From assembly GCA_963775425.1 (NCBI GenBank), contig CAVZJB010000011.1, positions 96,001 through 160,000 of the forward strand: a stretch of DNA of 64,000 bases. Direction: 5' to 3'. Shown here in pieces: positions 10,056 to 22,500 of the stretch. The position numbers were made by a program, and so were the translations under genes. The notes under the pieces are model-generated. The model had not been told where the DNA came from and searched no databases. It saw only the letters and a list, made by a program, of their open reading frames with translations. The stretch is from an uncultured delta proteobacterium (lineage in GTDB: Bacteria; Myxococcota; UBA727; VGSZ01). Each line of letters opens with the position of its first letter. The stretch's first letter is position 1.

Positions 10056-10889
10056 TCACGAGAGGGTGAGCGGCCCCACCGAGCTCGTCAGGCCGGCGAA
10101 GCCGCCGGTGCGCTCGAGATAGAACTCGTTCACCTTGTTCGGGTCGAGCGTCTTCGCGGTCGGCGACAGCGCGCCCACCGGGACGAGCGCGGCGTACGCG
10201 TAGCCGTCGGGGTGACGCTCGCGCATGAGCTCGACGCGCACGAAGCGCTCGCCGAGGTGGCCCTGCATGACGGAGCCGGGCTTCCACGCGAGGGTGCCGG
10301 CGACGTTGGCCGTGCTGAACGCCTGGTGGAGCCTGTCGGTGCGCTCGGGCGTGAGGTCCGTCCGCGGGGCCGGCGCGTCGGCGAGCGCGATGGGGCCGTA
10401 CCAGTGCGTGCTCGCCGGCCCGGGCGCCATGAGGCCGCCGGCGACGCACAGGTAGAATTCGTTCTTCTTGGGATCGAGGAACGCCGTGCGCGACGGGAAG
10501 TCCGCGACGTTCTTCGGGTACGGCAGGCGCACCATGTGGAGCTTCTTGGTGTCCGGCGCCGTCGACAGCGCGCTGCCGTAGCCGTTTTCGAGGCTCGCCT
10601 CGATGCGTTCGACGTACTTCTGCAGGTTCTTTCCGGCGGGGATGTCGTGCCGCGAGAAGAACGTCTCGAGCACGTTCTTGGCGCCGGTCTCGATGATGAC
10701 GTCGCTCGGCAACGGCACGCCGGAGCCACGCACGGGCTGCCGCTCGAACAGCTCGCGCACCGCGCGCGCCTCGCCGACGGTGACGGGACCGCGCTCGGCG
10801 TCGGTGACGATGGACGTCGCCTCCGCGGCGGTGATCACGTGGTCGCGGGCGGCGGTGCGGATCTGGGCGCTGACGGTGCGGATGCTCAT
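10056..10889 (-). CDS. Hypothetical protein with internally duplicated motif
   Basis: GGGGAG RBS before MSIRTVS; high-GC3 codon usage; no recognised family. Confidence 0.7.
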   Translation of the reverse strand: MSIRTVSAQIRTAARDHVITAAEATSIVTDAERGPVTVGEARAVRELFERQPVRGSGVPLPSDVIIETGAKNVLETFFSRHDIPAGKNLQKYVERIEASLENGYGSALSTAPDTKKLHMVRLPYPKNVADFPSRTAFLDPKKNEFYLCVAGGLMAPGPASTHWYGPIALADAPAPRTDLTPERTDRLHQAFSTANVAGTLAWKPGSVMQGHLGERFVRVELMRERHPDGYAYAALVPVGALSPTAKTLDPNKVNEFYLERTGGFAGLTSSVGPLTLS

Positions 10890-11001
10890 GGTGCTCCCCG
10901 GTTTGTTTGTCCGTAGATGTGTGTCGGTCGCCCACATCCCCGGTTGCTCGCCGCCCGTGTGATCGAGCGCACACGTCCGGCTCAACCGGATCGGCCCCTC
11001 C

Positions 11002-13470
11002 TCAAGGTGCGGCGCAAACGCCGCCGGGGCGACACATCGTGGTGGCGGCGGCGGCGAAGACGCGCGGCTCTTCGAGGCCCTCGCCCTCGAAGAGCGCTTC
11101 GTAGCTCGCCGGCCCGTCGCCGCCGAGCGCGAAGCTCTCGAGGCGCGCGTGGCGGACGCGCGCGGCGGCGGCGGCGGGGACGGGGTGGAGCTCGGTGACG
11201 TCGAACGCGAGCACGTCGACCGGGAGCCACACGTTCCACGAGGCGCCCGCGCCGTCGTCGAGGCGCACGCGCCGGACGTCGACGCCGACGTCGGCGGGCC
11301 CGAGCGCGACGTGGCCGTCGTCGGGCGTGAAGGCGCCCGCGGGCGGCTCGAGGAACGCGCCGGCCGGAAAGCCCGCGCCGTCGACGCTGCCCTTGCTGAC
11401 GCGCACCAGCGCGGACCCGTCGCCGCCATCGAGGAAGTCCTGCCGCGCGAACGCAACAGTGACGAGGGGCAGGCCCTCGAGCCCGTCGTGCTCCGGCGCG
11501 GCCGAGACGGCGACGTGGCCCTGCTGCGGGCCGTTCGCGCGGTCCGCGCTGTCGACGAGGCCGTCGGTCTGGTTCTGGCCGTCCAGATCGTCGGGGTCGT
11601 CGAGGCCCGCGGAGAAGCCGAGCGGGACGACGCCGACGCCGGGGATCAACGCGCCCACCATGACGACGACGCCCGCGTAAAACGGTGAGCCGCTCACGGG
11701 GCTCACGCACGCGCCGTCGTCGTCGACGCCGGCGGCGCACGGCAGGCGGGGAACGACGACGTCGGTGTCGGCGAACGCGAGCGTGTCGGGGTGCGCCTCG
11801 ACGTTCTGGAAGCCCCAGGTCGGGGTGTCGACCGGGAGGCGGTGGCCGTCGGCGGTGACGCAGGCGCCGGTGGCGGCGTCGCAGGAGTCGGCGTCGGCGC
11901 AGGTGAAGCCGCCGTTGTCACAGCGCGGCCGCGTGGTGTCAGCGAGCGTGAGCCCCGCGGTAAAGGAGTGGTCGAAGCGCGACAGGAGCGGGAACAAGCC
12001 GCTGACGACGGTGCCGGCGTGGACGTCGCCGCCGGCGATCTCGCTGACGAGGGGGCCCACCGCGGGCAGCGGCACCTGGCCGCCGATGGACCACAGGACG
12101 TTCGTCCCTGCGGCGCCGAAGGCGACGAAGTCGCCCTTGGTGGGCGTGGAGCCGAGCTCGACCACGACGCCTGACGGGATGCTCAGCAGCTCGCCGCCGG
12201 GGTCGGTGATGCCCTCGAGGTCGACGAGGAGCTCGGCGCTCTCGCCGAGGACGCCGACGAGGTCGACGTCGGCGAGCGGGCCCTTCATGGCGGTGCCCGC
12301 GAGCCCGACCTTGATGTCGCCGGTGGTGTGCACGGCGTCGAAATTGATGGTGCCGCTGACGCCGGCGACGACGCTCGGGTCGGGCAGGCGCCTGGTGGCG
12401 ATGACGACGTCGGCGGGCGGGTCGACGATGGTGTGCCACTCGTGGTCGTCGGGGAAGGCGGACAGCGCGGTGACGTCGCCGTCGAACTCGGCGGCGCCGT
12501 CGGCGTCGGTGACGCCGGCGACGGGGATGCCGCCGACCGTGGCGGCCACGGGGACGGCGACGAGCGGCGCGCCGCTCTTGGCGTCGAAGACCACGATGCG
12601 GTGGCCGAGGACAGGCGACGCGTAGACGTCGATGACGCCGGTGCACGAGGCGCCGCCGTTTTGCGTCGTGGCGGTCAGCGTGAACGGGCAGACGCCGCTG
12701 TCGCACGCGGCGTGGAAGACGCCGCCGGCGTCGACGCCGGCGCCGGCCCAGGTGAACGTCGAGTGCGCGACGAGCTTGCCGTTTACGTCGGTGCCGACGG
12801 CCTCGAGCTGCAGGTCGTGTCCCGACAACACCGCGGCGGGATCGCAATCGTCGTCGTCGCCGCTCGTGAGGATGCGGCCGTCGGCGGCCACGAAGCAGGC
12901 GCTCGCGTCCGACGCCTGGCCGACGCACGACGACACGCCGTCCGTGAGCTCGCAGAGGCCGTCGTCCTCGCAGCAAGGGGCGCTCGTGCCGTCGCGTTGG
13001 GGGCACTGCCCGCCCCCGTCCGCCGATGGGTCGCAGAGCTGAGACGGGCGGCAGATGCCGCGGCGGACGTCGCAGCCCTCGTCCACCGGGCAGTCGATGT
13101 CGCGCGTGCAGAGGTCGACGAGGAAGCAGCAGCCGAGCGGATCGTCCGCGGATCGAATTCCGTCTCCGGGAGCGGTGCCGTCGGCGTTGTCGAATTCCTT
13201 GTCGCAGAAGAATCCACGCGGGCACGGGTCTGCGTCGCTGCACACGGCGCGGCCCGGCAGGCACTGCTGCGTCGCCGTCGGCGGCGTCTCCGCGGGCGCC
13301 ACGCACGCGCCCCACGCGAGGAGTGGCCCGAGCGCAAAGCCGACGCAGCGGCGCCGCCGCCCGTGCGCCCCGCGAGGGGAGCGGTCAACGACGACCGGGG
13401 CGTGGCGACGGGGCATCACGGCGATTGTGGACGCGGCGAGGAGGGCGACGCAATCGAGTGCGCGATTCAT
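11002..13470 (-). CDS. Cys-rich acidic secreted protein, probable lipoprotein (start uncertain)
   Basis: LLAWGAC lipobox-like motif; several Cx3-5DCPx4-5C clusters; beta-rich body; coding-type GC3. Confidence 0.72.
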   Translation of the reverse strand: MNRALDCVALLAASTIAVMPRRHAPVVVDRSPRGAHGRRRRCVGFALGPLLAWGACVAPAETPPTATQQCLPGRAVCSDADPCPRGFFCDKEFDNADGTAPGDGIRSADDPLGCCFLVDLCTRDIDCPVDEGCDVRRGICRPSQLCDPSADGGGQCPQRDGTSAPCCEDDGLCELTDGVSSCVGQASDASACFVAADGRILTSGDDDDCDPAAVLSGHDLQLEAVGTDVNGKLVAHSTFTWAGAGVDAGGVFHAACDSGVCPFTLTATTQNGGASCTGVIDVYASPVLGHRIVVFDAKSGAPLVAVPVAATVGGIPVAGVTDADGAAEFDGDVTALSAFPDDHEWHTIVDPPADVVIATRRLPDPSVVAGVSGTINFDAVHTTGDIKVGLAGTAMKGPLADVDLVGVLGESAELLVDLEGITDPGGELLSIPSGVVVELGSTPTKGDFVAFGAAGTNVLWSIGGQVPLPAVGPLVSEIAGGDVHAGTVVSGLFPLLSRFDHSFTAGLTLADTTRPRCDNGGFTCADADSCDAATGACVTADGHRLPVDTPTWGFQNVEAHPDTLAFADTDVVVPRLPCAAGVDDDGACVSPVSGSPFYAGVVVMVGALIPGVGVVPLGFSAGLDDPDDLDGQNQTDGLVDSADRANGPQQGHVAVSAAPEHDGLEGLPLVTVAFARQDFLDGGDGSALVRVSKGSVDGAGFPAGAFLEPPAGAFTPDDGHVALGPADVGVDVRRVRLDDGAGASWNVWLPVDVLAFDVTELHPVPAAAAARVRHARLESFALGGDGPASYEALFEGEGLEEPRVFAAAATTMCRPGGVCAAP

Positions 13471-13583
13471 TCGGCGAGCTCGCGCGGAGGCGAGCCGCGT
13501 CCCCGGTGCAAGGTCCGGTGATCTTTTACCGGACGCGTCCCGGCACGGACGGGCTAAGGTGCTGCCCCTCGACGGAGATCGAT

Positions 13584-16500
13584 ATGAGCTTCCCCCACGT
13601 GTCCGGCGCCGGCGCCGCGCGCACTCTCGCCCTGTTCTGCAGCTCGCTCGCGGTGATCGTGGCGGCGTCGTGCGCGCCGACGAACCCGTTCGACCCGAAC
13701 GCGCCCGCGGAGCTGCAGGCCAAGGCGGCGCTGTCGGGGCGGGTGGTGCTCGTGAACCCCGAGGCGGACGACGCCACGCTGGTGCGCGACCTCTCGGCGG
13801 CGCGCATCGGGCTCCTCGACGACACGGGCGCGCGGGTGCAGCAGGGCGGCGGCGACCTCGACGTCCCGCTCAAGGACGTCACCAAGGACGGCGGCGCGCT
13901 GTTCGTCGATCAGCTCCTGCCGGGGACGTACACGCTCGTCGTCGAGAACCTCTCGGCGTACGCGGCGCCGGCGCTGGCGCCGGTGCGCTTGTTGCCGGGC
14001 GCGGCGGCCGACGTCGGCGATCTGGTGTTCACGCTCAACGAGCAGGCGGGCCCCGGCCCCGGCGCCATCACCGGCGACGTCGCGGTGTCGACGGGCGGCG
14101 CGCAGCGCAAGGTGTCCTTGTTCCGGAAGAGCGGCGCCGGCGTGGTGCTGCAGGCGAGCACGGTCACCGACGGGAGCTTCGAGTTTCAGGGCCTGAACCC
14201 CGGGACGTACGCGGTGGTGGCGGAGGCGTCGGGCTACACGAGCGACTACCGGCTCGACCTCGACGTCGGCGAGGGCGACGGCGCGGCGTTGGCGTTCGAC
14301 TTCTCGGGCGCGGACGCGTTGAACCTGTTCCCGGTGACGGCGGTGCTGGCGCCGCAGCCTTCGCCGAGCACGCTGCTCGACGAGGGGACGTTCTTCGTCT
14401 CGTCGGACACGGTGTCTTTGGCGGTGCTGGCGTTCGGCGGCGTGACGTCGATGCGCTTGTCGACCAACGCGGAATTCCTCGACGACACGGGGGCCGATCT
14501 GGCCTTCGTCCCATACGCGGCGGCGGCGGAGCAGGCGCTGCCCGACGTGCAGGGGCCGGTGACGGTGTTCGCGCAGTTCCAGGCGGCGAGCGCGGGCGGC
14601 TTCGTGTTCACGTCGGACACGTTCACGACGACCATCGTGCGGGACACCACGCCGCCGGAGGTGGTGGACGCCACGTTCGTGGGGCTCCCGCAAGACGGCG
14701 ACAACTTCCTGGCCAACATCCAAAACGGCGGCGGCACGCCCGCGCTGCGCATCGACGCGCAGGACGGCGTGAGCGCGGTGGCGGGCGTGGCGGTGGTGGT
14801 GGCGGACGCGGACGCGGCGCCGGCGGTGCCGGACACGTTCGACGACGTCACGAGCAACGGCGGCCTCGTGCGCATCGATCGCGCGGTCCCGCTCGGGACG
14901 GACGGGCAGCACTTCGTGTTCGTGTTCGTGCGCGACCGGGCGGGCAACGTGTCGACGCCCGCGCGACTGCCGGTGCTGCTCGACCGCACGGCGCCCGATG
15001 TGCCGTTGGCGGTGGACAACGCCGTGGCGGGCGTGCTCGACACGCGCGTGGCGCAGTTGCGCTTCGACACGTCGTCGTCGTCGTCGGACCTGCCGGTGGC
15101 GATGCAGAATCTCGGCGGGGACGGTGTCGCCGAGCGCGGAGATCGTGCCGTTTTCCCAGACGGCGACGGTGCTGGTGCCGGCGACGTTCGCGCACGACCA
15201 GGACGTGGCGTTCGAGGCGCGGCTCATCGACGCGGCGGGCAACGCGAACGTGGTGCGCAGCCTCGACGTGCACCTGTCGCTGCTGTCTCGGGTGACGGGC
15301 GTGGTGTCGTTCGAGGGTGTGCCCGAGGTGGTCGCCGACGGGGCGGGCGCCACGGTGTCCATCGTGGACGCGACGGGCGCGCCGGTGGCCGGGGCCACGG
15401 GCACCACGGACGCGACGGGGGCGTACGCGCTCGCGGGAATTCCCGAGAACACCGGCGTGTTCGTCGACGTCGCGCGCGACGGCTGGGCGGCGGCGCACGT
15501 GCGCTTGCCTGTGTTGCCGACGCTGACGGCGGCGGAGGCGCCGACGGCGCTCGACCCGGTGACGCTGCCGCTGTTGCGCGGCTCGCTGACGGGCGTGTTC
15601 CGCCGCAGCGACCTCGCCGCCGACAACGCGGCGCACGCGGGCATCGTGGTCACGGCCACGCTGCAGAGCGCGGACCGCACGTTCACGACGTCGACGGTGA
15701 CGGGCCCCGACGGCAGCTACGCGCTGCGCGACCTGCCGGTGACGCGCGCGGACGAGAGCTACGGGCTCGAGGCGCGGCACGACGACTACGGCTCGGCCAC
15801 GGCGACGGCGGCGGTGTTGCCGGGGACGCTGTCGCCGGTGAACCCCGACGCGTCGGGGATCCCGCAGCCGGTGCTGCTGCCGAAGAACACGGGCGACTTC
15901 GACGTGTGCACGGTGTCGGGCGCGTGCGTGTCGACGACGTTCTTCAAGGACGCGGTGGTGCGCGTGAAGGTGCGTGACACCACCAACGTCACGGAGATCA
16001 GGGCGCAGGCGCGCACGGCGTTCCTCGCGGGCGACGCGAACCCGCCGTTTCAGGCGTTCCCGTCGGCGAACGACTTCACCGTCGACATCTCGGGGGCGGA
16101 CGGGCTCGTCGACCTCTTCGTGCAGGTGAAGAAGGCGGACGGGTCCACGAGCGAGGTGCTGTCGGCCACGGTGGTGCGCGACACGGTGCCGCCGGTGCTT
16201 CAAGAGGTGAAGCGGCTCACGGCGGCGGGCGCGCTCGACCCGCGCTTTTCGAAGAACAACTTCGTCGACGTGCAGATCGACGCGGACCCGGGCACGGGCA
16301 CGGTGGCGCCGCTCGCGCCGGCGCGCATCGCCATCCTCCCCGACGACGGCAGCGCGGCGCCGGTGGACCCGCCGGGCGCGGCGTCGTCGTGCCCGCCGGG
16401 CACCACGTGCCGCGTGCAGCTCCCGGGCGCGGCGACCAACACCGTGGCCGAGGCGCTCCACCGCATCGCGGGCTGGGCCTGCGACGCCGCGGGCAACTGC

Positions 16501-19500
16501 AGCGCGCCCGAGGAGAGCTTCGTGATCCACGACCAGACGCCGCCGTCGGCGGCGCACGGCGCGGGCTTTTCGATCACGGGCGCGGCGGCGGTCTCCGCGG
16601 GCGTGTCGCTGCTGCGCTCGCCCTTGTACGGCATCTCCCTCGACGTGGGCGCCGCGCAGGACGCGGGCGGCGGCGCGGTCGTCGACGAGACGGGCGCCGC
16701 GGTGGCGGACGTGTACGCGTCGCGCTTTTCGTTCGCGGAGTCCACGTTCGACGCCACGGTGCGCGCGCTCGATCCGGCTCCGTCGGCTTCGGCGTCGCGC
16801 ACCGACGTGACGGTGCCGGCGCTGCCCGCCGTCGACGGGGACTACCGCGTGTTCGGCGAGCTGTTCGACGCGGCGGGCAACGCGACCATCGTGGAGCCGA
16901 ACGCGTTCTTCCAGGACCTGCGGCTCGACACGCAGGCGCCGGTGGTGTCCTTCGTCGTGGCGGGCGGCGCCGACGTCGTCGACAGCGGCACGGTGTCCGT
17001 GGACGTGGTGGTGCCGTCGGGCGGCGAGGTGCCCGCGCGCATGGACCTCGCGGCGGACGGCGGGCTGTTTCAGACGGGCGTGGTGACCAAGACCTTCCCG
17101 CTCGACCCCGCGGGCGAGACGTTCACGCTGCCGGCGAACGGCGACGGCAGCTACACGGTGTTCGCGCGCATCTTCGACGCGGCGGGGAACGTGATCGAGC
17201 GCTCTGACACGGTGCTGCTCGACACCACGCCGCCGTCCATCGTGCTCGCGAGCTGCTTGAGCTGCACCGCGAGCGGCGGCCAATTGTTCACGAGCAACGC
17301 CAACGCGCAGCTCAGCGTGGTGGCGAGCGACGTCGCCGCGGGCGGCGGGAGCGGGGCAGGGGCCGACGGCAGCGGCGTGTCTTCCCTGGAGATCGACGTC
17401 GAGGACGCCAACAACGCGGCCAACGCCACCACGCAGACGGTGCCGTTCAACGGCACGGCGTCGGTGGCGCTGTTCCCCGACACGCAAAACGTGATCACCC
17501 TGCGGGGCATCGATCGCGCGGGCAACACCACGGGCGCGGGCGGCGCGCTCTCGTTGACGGTGGCGCACGACGACCGCGCGCCGATGCTGTCGAAGGTGGA
17601 GCTCGCGGACGGCGCGGCGACGACATCGTCGACGCAGGTGGTGCTGCGCGTGGACGCCTCCGACGCCGAGACCGCGGTCACGCGCATGCGCGTGTCGCCC
17701 ACGCTCGACTTCTCCACGGCGGTGGCCACCGAGCTTCGCGCGGTGGACTTCGTGGACCTCACCGGCGCCGACGGCAGCAAGCAGGTGTGCGTGCAGGTCG
17801 AGGACGCCGCGGGCAACACCGCCGCCGACTGCGACACCGTCACGCTCGACCGCGCCGCCCCCGTGGGCGCCGTCGACGTCACGCCGCTCGTCACCGCCGC
17901 CACGTCGGTGCCGGCGGTGCTCACGTACCCGGCCGACACCGCCGAGGTGGCGGTGGCGCCGGGGGCGCTCGCGTGCTCCGGGGCGACGTACGTGGCGGCC
18001 ACGGGCTCGCCGCAGACGGTCACGGTGGACCTCGACGGCGGCGACGGCACCGTTCGCGTCTTCGCCTGCTTCAAGGACGCCGCGGGCAACTTCAGCGCCA
18101 CGCCGGTGAGCGACACCGTGGTCGTCGACCGCACGGCGCCGGCGGCGAGCGTCCTCGTCGACGGCGGCGCGGAGTTCACGCTCGACGAGCAGGTGGGCGT
18201 CGCCGTCACGGTCGCCCCGGCGGCGGACGCGGCGCAGCTCGCGCTGTCTGCGGACACGGCCATCGACTGCTCCACGGCGACGTACCAGGCCTTCGTGTCG
18301 CCGCAGACGGTGACGCTCGCGCTCACCGAGGGCGTGCACACCATCTTCGCCTGCGTCAAAGACGCCGCGGGCAACACCACCGCCGCGCCTTCGAGCGACA
18401 GCATCTTCTTCGACCGCGCCGACCCCACCGGCAGCGTGCTCATCGAGGGCGGCGCCGCGCTCACGCGGAACAGCACCGTCGGCGTGGACATCACGCGCTC
18501 CTCGGACGTGGTGTCCATGGCCGTGAGCGCCGGCGCGCTCAACTGCGCCACCGCCACCTACGAGGCGTTCACGTCGGTGCGCGCGGTGGCCCTCGCGGCG
18601 CCCGACGGGCTCAAGACCGTGAGCGTGTGCCTCAAGGACGCCGCCGGCCGCACGGCGCTGTTCTCCGACGACATCACGCTCGACACCAAGCCGCCGCTCG
18701 CCTCCATCGTCATCAACGGCGACGCGGCCACCACGTCGTCGCCGAGCGTCACCGTCAACGCCACCTTCGACGCCGACGCCGTCGAGATGGCGCTCGCGGC
18801 GTTCCCGCTCGACTGCGCGAGCACGCCCTACGGCACCCTCGCCACCGACACGCCCTTCGACCTCCTCGCCACCAGCGGCGCCGCCACGGTGTTCGCGTGC
18901 TTCCGTGACGCCGCGGGCAACACCACCGCCGCGAGCGACAGCATCATCCTCGAGCAGGCCTCGAGCGGCACCCTCGTCGTCGCCGTCAACGGCGGCGCCA
19001 CCGCCACCACCACGAGGAACGTCACCGTCTCGCTCGTGGGCCCGTCCGACGCCGACCAGATGAAGGTCGCCGAGGCCGCCACGCTCGACTGCAACGACCC
19101 CGTCGGCTACGAGGCCTTCGCCACCACCAAGGCGCTCACCCTGGCGGCCGGCGGCGCCGCGCCCGCCGAGGGCTCGCGCACGGTGTCTGCGTGCGTGAAG
19201 ACCACGTCGTCGCAGACCTTGTTCTCGCAGGACAGCATCCTGCTCGACACCTTCGCGCCGAGCGGCTCGGTCGTCATCGAGGGCGGCGCCGCCGTCACGC
19301 GCACGGCGGACGTGACCTTGAGCATCACCAAGGACCCGGACTCGAGCGACGTGCATCAGATCGGCGTGTCGTCGTCGTCGGCCACGGCGTGCCAGAACTT
19401 CGAGGCGTTCGTCACCACCAAGACCTTCACGCTCGGCGGCGCCGACGGCGGCAAGTCGGCCTTCGTGTGCCTGCGCGACGACGCGGGCAACACCACCGTG

Positions 19501-22500
19501 GTCACCGACGACATCACGCTCGACCGCGCGGCGCCGTCGCCGGTGCTCGTCGACGTGCCGGACTTCTCCACGGCCACGAGCATCACGGCGAACCTGACCT
19601 TCCCCGCGGCCGACACCGCGCAGGTGGCGGTGGCCGAGGGCGCGCTCGACTGCGCGTCGACGGCGGCGTACGTGCCGGCGAGCGCCACGGCCACGGTGAG
19701 CCTGTCGGCCAGCGAGGGCAGCAAGGTGATCGTGGCGTGCTTCAAGGACGCCGCGGGCAACACCTCGCAGGCCTCCGACGTCACCACGCTCGACCTCGTC
19801 GCGCCCGCGGGCAGCGTCGTCGTCAACGGCGGCGCGGTGGCCACCACCGCGCGCGACGTCACGCTCACCATCTCGGCCAGCGCCGACGTCGACCGCATGG
19901 CCCTGATTGAGTCGGCGACGACGCCGGACTGCGACACGGCCACCTACGTGGCGTTCGTGCAGCAGCCGGCGTTCACGCTGTCGTCGGGCGACGGCGACAA
20001 GAGCGTGCAGGTGTGCCTGCAGGACCGCGCCGGCCGCAAGGCGGCCGCGGTGCCGGACAGCATCCGCCTCGACCAGGGCGCGCCCGACGGCTCCGTCGTC
20101 GTCAACGGCGGCGACGCCTTCACCAACCGCCGTGACGTCATCCTCACGGTGGCGCGAAACGCCGGCAGCGAGGACGCGAGCCTCATGGCCGTGGGCGAGG
20201 GCGCGCTCGTGTGCAACGCCGCCAACCTCGTCTACACCGCGTTTCAGCCCACCGTGCCCTTCACCGTCTCCACCGGCGACGGCACGAAGACCGTGTCTTT
20301 GTGCCTGAAGGACGGCGCCGGCAACGTGAGCACCACCACGCGCCAGGACACCATCACGCTCGACACCTCGCCGCCGTCGGGGTCCACCGTCAGCATCGCC
20401 AACGACGCCGCGTTCACCACCAGCGCCACCGTCACGCTCACGCTCACCTTCCCCGGCGACGTCACCGGCGTCGCCGTCGGAAACGACGGGCTCGATTGCT
20501 CGTCGGCCACGTACGCGGCGCCCACGTCGACCATCTCGGGCCACGCGCTCACGCCCGGCGACGGCGAAAAGACCGTGGCCGCCTGCTTGAAGGACGGCGC
20601 GGGCAACACCTTCCTCGCCGTGGACACCATCGTCCTCGACACCGTGGCGCCCTCCGCGGCCGACAGCTCGCTCGCCATCAACGGCGGCGCCGCCAACACC
20701 ACCTCGCGCGACGTCAGCCTCGTGTTCACCGCGCCCTCCGACGTGCACCAGGTGGCGGTCTCCGAGTCCGCGCTCAACTGCGCCACCGCCACCTACGGCG
20801 CGCTCAGCTCGCCGCTGCCGTTCACCCTCGCCGCCGGCGCCGACGGCACGCGCACGGTGAACGCCTGCTTGAAGGAGGACGCCGGCCGCACCGTCGCGCT
20901 CACCGACACCATCGTCCTCGACACCACGCCGCCCACGGCGACCACGTTCACCATCAACGGCGTCACGAGCCCCGTCACCAACAACCCCGCCGTCACCGTC
21001 GCCGTCGCTGCCAGCGCCGACGTCACCGGCATGGCGATCCAAAACGGCGCGCTCGACTGCACCACCGCGAGCTACGGCCCCTTCACCTCGCCGGTGCAAT
21101 TCACCGTCGCCGGCGCGAGCCCCGTCACCGTGTCTTTGTGCTTGCAGGATCGGGCCGGCAACACGTCGGTGACCGGCGCCAACACGCGCGACGTCGTCCT
21201 CGACACCACCGCGCCCGGCGGCAGCGTCTCCATCAACGGCGGCGCCGCCTTCGCCACCACAAGGAACGTCACGCTCACGCTCGACACCTCGCCCCCCGAG
21301 AGCGGCCTGCAAAAGGCGGTCGCCAACGACGCCGTTGACTGCACGAGCGCCACCTTCAGCGCGCTCGGCGCCGTGCCGGCCACCGTGGCGCAGACGCTCT
21401 CGGGCGGCGACGGCACAAAGACGGTCTTTGTCTGCTTCAAGGACCCCGCGGGCAACGTCTCGGTCGCGCAGGACAGCGTCGTCGTCGACACCGCCGACCC
21501 CGTGGGCACCGTGGCCATCCTCGATCCCGAAGGCAACGCCGACGGCTTCGCCAACACCGCCAACGTCACCGTCGCGCTCACGCTCCCCGGCGAGGACACG
21601 GGCACCGCGCAGATGGCGGTGCGCGAGGCGGCCACGCTCGACTGCACCAGCGGCGCGCTCTCGTACGAAGCGTTTTCGTCCACCAAGGCGCTCGTGCTCG
21701 CCGGCGGCCAGGGCCTGCGCACCGTCAGCGCGTGCTTCAAGGACGCCGCGGGCCGCGTGACGCCGGCGGCGTCGGTGGCGCACGCGAGCATCACGCTCGA
21801 CACCGTCGCGCCCGCGGGCGTGCTCTCGGTGGCCGAGGGCTCCGTCGTCGGCGGCACGCACTTCGTCAACACCGAGAACGTCACGGCCGTCATCTCGGGC
21901 ACCTCGCCCGACGTCGTCGGGCTCGCGGTGTCCACGAGCGCGCTCAACTGCGCCACCGCCACCTACGGGCCGTTTTCGGCTGCGACGCCGGTGACGCTGT
22001 CGATCGGTGAGGGCGACAAGACCATCAACGCCTGCCTCGAGGACGGCGCCGGGCTCACCACCGCGCTCACCACCCAGGTGCGCCTCGACACCACCGCGCC
22101 GGCCGGCACGCTCACGCTCGACGGCGGCGCCGACTACACGGCAGACCGCAACGTCGACATCAACGTCCAAAGCGGCGAGGCCGACCTCGCGCTCAAGATC
22201 CCCGCCACCGACTGCACGCCGCCGTTCAACGTCTCGCCCTTCGACGGCGACGAGACCCGCACCGCCACCATCGCCGGCAGCGAAGGCACGCGCACCCTCG
22301 GCGCCTGCCTCAGAGATCCCGCGGGCAACACCACGTTCCTGTCCGACGCCATCAACCTCGACCTCACGCCGCCGGTCGGCATCTCCGCCACCTGCGCGTC
22401 CTGCCTCGTCGACAACACCACCGGCACGCCGGCGTTCTTCACCGCCGGCACCGACGTCGACGGCGACAGCGTCGTCGACGCCGCCGTGCTGCTCGGCAAC

